The translations under genes and the position numbers were made by a program. A DNA stretch of 63,709 nucleotides, filler included, from a candidate division WOR-3 bacterium (GTDB taxonomy: Bacteria; SDB-A), in NCBI GenBank assembly GCA_016934535.1. It is 9 parts of 8 records of this genome, joined end to end, with 100 filler letters (N's around TTAATTAATTAA, not from the genome) between each part and the next. Parts side by side here need not be neighbours in the genome. Positions count along the whole stretch, not along the records: positions 58,023 to 60,993 come from JAFGSQ010000033.1; positions 61,094 to 63,709 come from JAFGSQ010000006.1; 7 more parts are not named here. The stretch is one strand, 5' to 3'. How positions within the stretch are numbered: position 1 is the stretch's first letter; every line of letters begins with the position of its first letter. Positions 58,023-63,709 of this stretch are shown piece by piece. The notes beneath the pieces were generated by a model that searched no databases, was not told the origin of the DNA, and saw only the letters and a program-made list of their open reading frames with translations.

Positions 58023-59065
58023 CCCTCTTTTATCCATATCACCGAAAACCCGGCGGAAGAATTTCCCGGATTCAGGCCTCTCGCCTGAGTGTTGGCGCTT
58101 CGCATTGAATCGGGCAGAGTATTTACGAAATCGTCTAACATTTCACGCGGAGGGGAAAACAAAAATGCTGCGTTTATAACTGTCAGCACTTCCTTGCGGC
58201 TGTCCGTTATCACTGTCAAATTGGCCGTCATTCCTGGCAGTAGTTTCATGTCCGGATTGTGAACTTTTACTATCACAATGTATTTGACGACATTTTGAAC
58301 AAGTTCCGGCTGAAGCCTTATCTGACTGACAATTCCCTCAAATGTGTCACCGGGATACGCGTCGACATCGAAAACTACTTTTTGACCTTCCCTAATGACT
58401 CCAATGTCGGTTTCGTCTATCAGGGCTTCTATCTGCATGTCTGTAAGATCGCTCGCTATAGTGAACAGCGTTGGGGTGTTTAGGCTGGCCGCGACCGTCT
58501 GGCCTTCATCTACGGCTCTTGAAATGACGATTCCGCTTATCGGGGAAGTTATTACGGCGTTGTCGTAGTTTATTTTTGTTCTGTACAGCTGAGCCTGAGA
58601 GAGGGTGAAAGAAGTGCGGGCTATTTCGACGGCATCTATCTGATTGTCGTATTCCTGGGAAGATATGAGATTCTGATCGTAGAGCTGTTTTATCCTTTCG
58701 AGCTCTCTTTTCGCCTGTTCGAGCTGTATGGCGCTTTTATCGTAACTCGCCTGAGATTCAAGAAGCGAAGCCCTGAGGCCTCTGGAGTCGAGAACCGCCA
58801 GAGTCTCGCCTTGCCTGACAGTTGAGTTGAAATCCACTTTAATTTCCTGGATGACGCCGGAAATCTGCGTTCCTACCTCGACTGTGCCGACGGCTTCAAG
58901 TGTGCCTGTCGAGGTTATTTCGGAAATCAGATCTTGTCTGGAAACAACGTCCGTAATATAGCCGGTTTTTTCTCCGTTTTTTCTTTTAAAAAAACCGAAA
59001 GCGAAAAACAGGAAGACGATAATAACGGCGATAAAAATCATAGTAAAAAATAATCTCTTTTTCAT
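58023..59065 (-). CDS. Efflux periplasmic adaptor subunit (MacA/HlyD-like), 3' truncated
   Basis: TM, VEVGTQISG, VDFNSTV, SPISGIVISR, GQTVAASLNTPTLFTIA and LLPGMTAN. Confidence 0.93.
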
Positions 59066-59243
59066 GACTCTTCCTTTGGCTATTTGACATAATGTATTAT
59101 TTTTAATGAGTGATATATTTATAAATGCTTAGACATGATATCAAAGAATAAAGTTTAATTCAAAAAGTTGTTTTAAAAAATTATTTTAATAGAAATTTAA
59201 TTCCGGTATATTAAAATACAGGAAAATTGTAAAGGAAATTCGT

Positions 59244-59720
59244 ATGCAAAAATCGTTAAAAAGAACGATCTTGATCTCCCTTCCATCGGTGCTGATCGGA
59301 TTAGGACTTGTCGTTGCCGCTTATTTCACTCCTCCGGAAGCCAAGACCGATGACGGTCATCAGCTTAAACTGTTTTTATACATAATGGGCGGAAGCTTTT
59401 CGCTGACGTCTGTTTTTTCAATTATTTTACTTTATTTCATGGTTTTTTCAAAAACGAGAAAAAAGCAGTATCTTATTGCAAACGGAAGAAGAGCCGACGC
59501 TGAGATAATAGAAATTCGCAAGACGGGTACAGTTGTCAACAATTGTCCTCAAGTAATCCTGACGCTTAGAATAAACACTTACGATAGGCCGCCTTACACT
59601 CTAAAACATAAAATTGTCATGAGCGAGACGGAGATTTATAAACTTGAGACTGGTAGAAAACTGAAGGTCTACGTAGATCCAAAAAATTCCAAGAATATTT
59701 ATCTTGAGACAGGGGCTTAA
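59244..59720 (+). CDS. Membrane protein, 2 TM + OB-like domain (DUF3592-like)
   Basis: Two TMs, then G..ADAEI...TG..VNN.P and LKVYVDPKN. Confidence 0.65.
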   Translation: MQKSLKRTILISLPSVLIGLGLVVAAYFTPPEAKTDDGHQLKLFLYIMGGSFSLTSVFSIILLYFMVFSKTRKKQYLIANGRRADAEIIEIRKTGTVVNNCPQVILTLRINTYDRPPYTLKHKIVMSETEIYKLETGRKLKVYVDPKNSKNIYLETGA

Positions 59721-59794
59721 TCCGGGAAATTTTGTGTGTTTGAATCCGGCTTTGTTTCTGATAAAATATGTCCCCACTCAAAAAAGAGGAGCTA

Positions 59795-60993
59795 ATGAAA
59801 AACCATCACAAAATTCTTGCCGCCCTGCTGATTGCAATGGCGGCTGTTTTCGGGACCATTTACCTGAAAAAATATGTTTTTGACGGCAAGCGGACTGAAT
59901 TTGAACTGACTGAGAGCACCCCGGAGAGATTCGCTGAATACAAGAAAAAAATGAGGGGGGGCGACACCAGTAAAAAACCCACGGAATGGTTCACTCTTTC
60001 AAGGGCGTATCCTTATGAAGAGATACCTTTTGATGGCTATATGAATGCTTTAAACCGAGCCATGGATTTGAGAAGAGCCACTTCCAATGCCGACTATTTC
60101 ACGGTCACGCAGGCCGGGCCGACTAACGTAGGCGGAAGAATAACCGATGTATTGGTCCACCCGACAGACACAAACCTTATATACGCCGGAGCGGCGCTCG
60201 GCGGCATATTGAAGTCAACTGACTGCGGTTACACCTGGGATTTCGTCTCCCAGGACGTGCCGAATCTTTCAGTTGGCGCTCTGGAACTAGATCCGCAAAA
60301 TTCCCAAAAGGTCTATTTCGGAACCGGCGAGGCCAACTCGAGCGGAGACTCTTACGAAGGAACAGGTTTGTACATGAGCACAGACGGAGGCGCTACGTGG
60401 CAGTTTCTCGGTCTGGAACACTCCAGGCACATTGGCAGGATTAGAGTCAGCCCGGTAGATTCGAACAGAATCTATGTCGCGGTGATGGGTTCACTTTTCG
60501 GAGTTAATTCCGAAAGGGGCCTTTACAGAAGCACTGACGGCGGTTCTACCTGGGAGAGGAAGCTATATGTCAATGACACTACAGGCTGTATAGACGTCGT
60601 TATAAATCCACAGAATCCAAATATTTTATACGCCGCCATGTGGCAGAGAATAAGAAAACCGGATTACAGAAACGTCGGCGGCATGGGAACTGGTATCTGG
60701 AAATCAACAGACGGAGGGGAGACGTGGACAAAATTGACCAACGGACTTCCTGCGGATTCTCCGACAAACGGCAGAATTGGCCTCGCTTTGGCTCCTTCAA
60801 ATCCAGACATTGTATATGCCAGCTACGTAAACCATCCCGGGGATTTTCTTGGGATTTGGCGCACGACGAATGGAGGAACTTCTTGGGAATCGCGGCTGGT
60901 CAGCCCCGGTCTCTCATCTTTCTCAAGCTTCGGCTGGTATTTCGGTCAGACATGGATTAGCCCGACTAATCCGGACATAGTCTACATCGGTGA
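59795..60993 (+). CDS. VPS10/sortilin-like BNR-repeat exported protein, 3' truncated
   Basis: GPTNVGGRITD, YFGTGEAN, repeated STDGG.TW boxes and FGWYFG. Confidence 0.88.
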
Positions 60994-61093
60994 NNNNNNN
61001 NNNNNNNNNNNNNNNNNNNNNNNNNNNNNNNNNNNNNTTAATTAATTAANNNNNNNNNNNNNNNNNNNNNNNNNNNNNNNNNNNNNNNNNNNN
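60994..61093. other. Artificial contig spacer
   Basis: N-run + TTAATTAATTAA + N-run. Confidence 0.98.
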
Positions 61094-61221
61094 TTGGTCT
61101 TTAATTAGATTCAGAAATAAAAGAAGAAAATATATCCACCACGAAAAGCCGAGAATAATCGCTGCGCTGCTAATTCACTGAAAGTGATTTAGCATTTCAC
61201 GAAAGACAGAAATAAACAGTT

Positions 61222-62244
61222 TTAAAACAAATTGATTTTGCCTGAAAAGTCTATATTCTTTCCCCTGACTCTGACGAAGAACACTCCCGATGACTCCGTA
61301 TCGATTCTCAAAGAACCTGATCCGGATATCCTCTGTTCTTTTATCTTTCTGCCCGAAAGGTCAACGAGTTCAAACAATGCGTTTTCTGCATTCTCAAATG
61401 CGAGAACATAGTTATTGCCCTGACCTCTGCTCAGGAAGCAGGCCGAGATAGTCTCTTCCACGGGCTCTTCTTCAACACCCGTGAACTGTGCGAACATGTC
61501 GGTGTAATCAGCAACCGTGAAATAAAGGTTTGTGTCGTTTTCGCAGGAAGTTATATTCACGAGTTCCGGAAGATTTTCACTCAACCACGTATAAATTATT
61601 GAATAACTGGTGTCTACATATACAGGGACGCTGTTGAAATACATTGTGCTTATTGTCGTTTCCATTTGCCTGATTCTTAGACATGGATATGACCCCATCG
61701 GGATTATGACAGTCCCATAGGCGTCGACAATAGCCCTTATTCTGGTCTCCATCGTCGTGACCATTGGACCTGAGTCAAACATCGTGTCAAAATTGTAAAA
61801 ATTTGTCGAATCGAGGTAGTCTAAAGGCAAGTCAAACTGCATTTGATCTATCGACATCACTATGTGTTCCGTTGGATCGATATATTCAAAGCCGAGTGTT
61901 CTGAAACTGGAAGGTATTATTTCAAAATATATGAACTCCGAATCCGATGAGTATAATTCATCCTGAATGAACTCGACTTTCGTAGCCGTTGGGAATAGAG
62001 AAAAAGAAGGAGCAGAAGAAGGTGTTATCAACCTATGATGTGCCAAATCCATGGTAGCCAGGTAAGTAAAATTCCAAGTCTGAGGACCTCCAAGAGTTCC
62101 GACGGTCACCGTTGCCGAATCGTCGCCGCAAGTCGCCCATGAAAGTCCTGCGTTCATGGGAATCTCGGAATAATCAATTGTGATCTGTGCCGTCAGAGAA
62201 AAGCATACCGCAAAGAACAATACAAAAGACATTTTTGATTTCAT
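61222..62244 (-). CDS. Secreted protein with T9SS-type C-terminal sorting-like domain
   Basis: Signal peptide ending LTA-Q, GGPQTWNF and DAYGTVIIPMG; tail TGVEE...DLSGRKI...SGVFFVRV...KINLF. Confidence 0.8.
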   Translation of the reverse strand: MKSKMSFVLFFAVCFSLTAQITIDYSEIPMNAGLSWATCGDDSATVTVGTLGGPQTWNFTYLATMDLAHHRLITPSSAPSFSLFPTATKVEFIQDELYSSDSEFIYFEIIPSSFRTLGFEYIDPTEHIVMSIDQMQFDLPLDYLDSTNFYNFDTMFDSGPMVTTMETRIRAIVDAYGTVIIPMGSYPCLRIRQMETTISTMYFNSVPVYVDTSYSIIYTWLSENLPELVNITSCENDTNLYFTVADYTDMFAQFTGVEEEPVEETISACFLSRGQGNNYVLAFENAENALFELVDLSGRKIKEQRISGSGSLRIDTESSGVFFVRVRGKNIDFSGKINLF

Positions 62245-62246
62245 GA

Positions 62247-62294
62247 AAACCTCCTTGTTTTTATAATTTATTTTACTTCCAAACAAGGAGGTTT
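62247..62294 (-). promoter_or_regulatory. Perfect 14-bp inverted repeat pairing with the Shine-Dalgarno
   Basis: AAACCTCCTTGTTT (62247-62260), 20-nt loop, AAACAAGGAGGTTT (62281-62294). Confidence 0.75.
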
Positions 62295-62320
62295 ATCAAC
62301 ACATAAAACACGCGTAAATC

Positions 62321-63601
62321 TTATTTCGTCAAAGTTGAAATAATTTTTTCCGTATCTATTTTCTTGCTTAAACCCGTCACATTTACCTGGTCGGACAATG
62401 CTTCCAAAGGAATAATCTTGCTGTCACTGAGAAAATAAAATAAAGCGTAAAGAACGGCGCTTTTTGCGCCGAAAGGAGTCCTGAAATCTTTTGTCATAAC
62501 TTCCGCCTCTGTCTTCGGCGCTGTCAGGCTGGAGTCTAAAAACACATTCCCGCCTTTCATAGATTCAATGACGCTTTTTACTTTCGTCAATCCGTCCCTG
62601 GATACGGCGATGACCGCATCAGGGGTTGGAATGCCGGTAAAAAGTATCCGTTCGGGCGAAATTATCACTTCGGAGGTGGAAAACCCGACTCCAACAGTCA
62701 CAGGATAAGTCCCTTTTTTCGTCGAAGAAAGTCCGCAGGACATAGCGGCTTTGGCAAGAAGTTCGGCGGCGGATTGAATTCCCTCTCCCGCCGAGCCCGA
62801 TAAAATTACAGAAAACCTTTTTTTGAGACCTGATTCATGAGTCACGGCGACGGGTTTCTCTTCGTCGAAAAGGGACCCAAGGTTTTTCCTGACTGCGTAG
62901 ACATTTTCTGAAAACTCCGGTTTATTTTCATAAAGCTTTATTTCAAGTCCGGCTTCTTTGGCTATTTCCTGCAGTTTTCTCGTCGGATTGTATTTCAATC
63001 CGTAACTCGGACAAATTTCCATCGCTTCTATGAAAGAAAATCCTTTTACGTTGAACGCTTCGGAAATAGCGTCGGAAAAATCTCCTATGGCTATCAGCCT
63101 TCTCGCGTAAGGAGCTCCCGCTTCGTGCACGAGTTTGCACAAGTCTAGGCCTTTCATCGGCTTCCCATCAGGCATAATCGGAGTCTTGAAACCGCAGGGA
63201 GTCAATCCCGAGGGCTGACCGCCTGTCATGCCATAGAGCATGTTGTTGTGCACGATCACGGTCATGTTTATGTTCCTGTGCGCCGCTTCTATAATATGTT
63301 GGAGTCCTATAGTCGCGCCTCCATCCCCCAGAAGAGCCAAAACCTTCTTCTTTTTACCGGAAAGACCCATGGCAATGCCTGCGGCTAGAGCAGGGGATCT
63401 TCCGTGAAGCCCGTGGACTGTGTGAGTCCTGAACTGTTTGTCTATAATACCAATACAACCGATATCAGTAACCACCACAACATCGAGAGGGTTTAAGCCT
63501 TCCATTCTTCCGAAAGCCTTTTCAATGTTTCCCGCGACGGTGCCGTGCCCGCATCCTTTACAGAACGGCATGTTCTCAGTCGATATGAATTCTTTGTTCA
63601 T
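62321..63601 (-). CDS. 2-oxoacid:ferredoxin oxidoreductase, fused beta (TPP-binding) + gamma subunit
   Basis: FCKGCGH, DIGC, HGR, GDGG, NNMLYGMTGGQ and CP, then GSAGEGIQSAA (gamma domain). Confidence 0.92.
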   Translation of the reverse strand: MNKEFISTENMPFCKGCGHGTVAGNIEKAFGRMEGLNPLDVVVVTDIGCIGIIDKQFRTHTVHGLHGRSPALAAGIAMGLSGKKKKVLALLGDGGATIGLQHIIEAAHRNINMTVIVHNNMLYGMTGGQPSGLTPCGFKTPIMPDGKPMKGLDLCKLVHEAGAPYARRLIAIGDFSDAISEAFNVKGFSFIEAMEICPSYGLKYNPTRKLQEIAKEAGLEIKLYENKPEFSENVYAVRKNLGSLFDEEKPVAVTHESGLKKRFSVILSGSAGEGIQSAAELLAKAAMSCGLSSTKKGTYPVTVGVGFSTSEVIISPERILFTGIPTPDAVIAVSRDGLTKVKSVIESMKGGNVFLDSSLTAPKTEAEVMTKDFRTPFGAKSAVLYALFYFLSDSKIIPLEALSDQVNVTGLSKKIDTEKIISTLTK

Positions 63602-63709
63602 CTTGACACCTCTTCAACGATTTCGTCGGGAGTTATCATCCTTCCTATGGCGTTTACTCCCGTAACCCCCTTTCTTCCAGCCCTGCCAAAAAGCACTTCT
63701 CTGTATTGG
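63598..63709 (-). CDS. C-terminus of a 2-oxoacid:ferredoxin oxidoreductase alpha subunit, partial
   Basis: QYREVLFG...GVNAIGRMITPDEIVEEVSR*; ATGA overlap with the beta gene. Confidence 0.75.
   Translation of the reverse strand, partial: QYREVLFGRAGRKGVTGVNAIGRMITPDEIVEEVSR

Noticed and set aside
25066-61093. TTAATTAATTAA recurring eight times
   Set aside because: Always centred in a 100-nt N spacer and gives stops in six frames; it is a concatenation linker, not a biological repeat. ORF-track entries running into X residues are truncated by it.
613-63665. Numerous short ORFs nested in or antisense to the called genes
   Set aside because: No RBS or motif support; expected shadow frames.
1-63709. 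Stop-codon reassignment or selenoproteins
   Set aside because: Conserved genes end at TGA, TAA and TAG at expected positions; the only in-gene TGA found is the prfB frameshift.

Overview
This is a bacterial draft or metagenome-assembled sequence made of nine contigs joined by artificial 100-nt spacers (N44-TTAATTAATTAA-N44), so adjacency across a spacer is not biological. Contig 1 (1-25065) has a housekeeping block on the minus strand (dtd-yicC-gmk-rpoZ-coaBC-udg-dnaB-mlaEFD-radA-[degenerate PIN/TRAM]-ispDF-COG2426-dusB), an M29 aminopeptidase, a PpiD-like chaperone, and then a run of accessory genes. Contig 2 is an AT-rich accessory region with a MazEF-type toxin-antitoxin pair, a methyltransferase and an AbiEi-like fragment. 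The other contigs carry OsmC/KamA/dinB; a tRNA-Leu fragment, a multi-winged-helix protein with a macrodomain partner, secreted peptidases, uvrC and geranylgeranyl reductase plus ferredoxin; a broken IS256; lysS and frameshifted prfB; a cyclase-ATPase-TPR signalling protein; an RND adaptor; and a 2-oxoacid:ferredoxin oxidoreductase. Mla genes, T9SS/FlgD-like C-terminal tails and ferredoxin-linked enzymes suggest an anaerobic diderm near the FCB group, for example WOR-3-like (inference only). The most notable observations are: a ~746-aa mosaic of four winged-helix repeats plus a barrel and a Zn-ribbon, coupled to a macrodomain; two apparent CTG starts in CTGA overlaps; an exported metallothionein-like protein; an archaeal-type GGR-ferredoxin pair; a perfect anti-SD hairpin; covarying REP-like hairpins; and a soluble, catalytically eroded YacL. 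All product calls come from motif recognition; no database searches were run.
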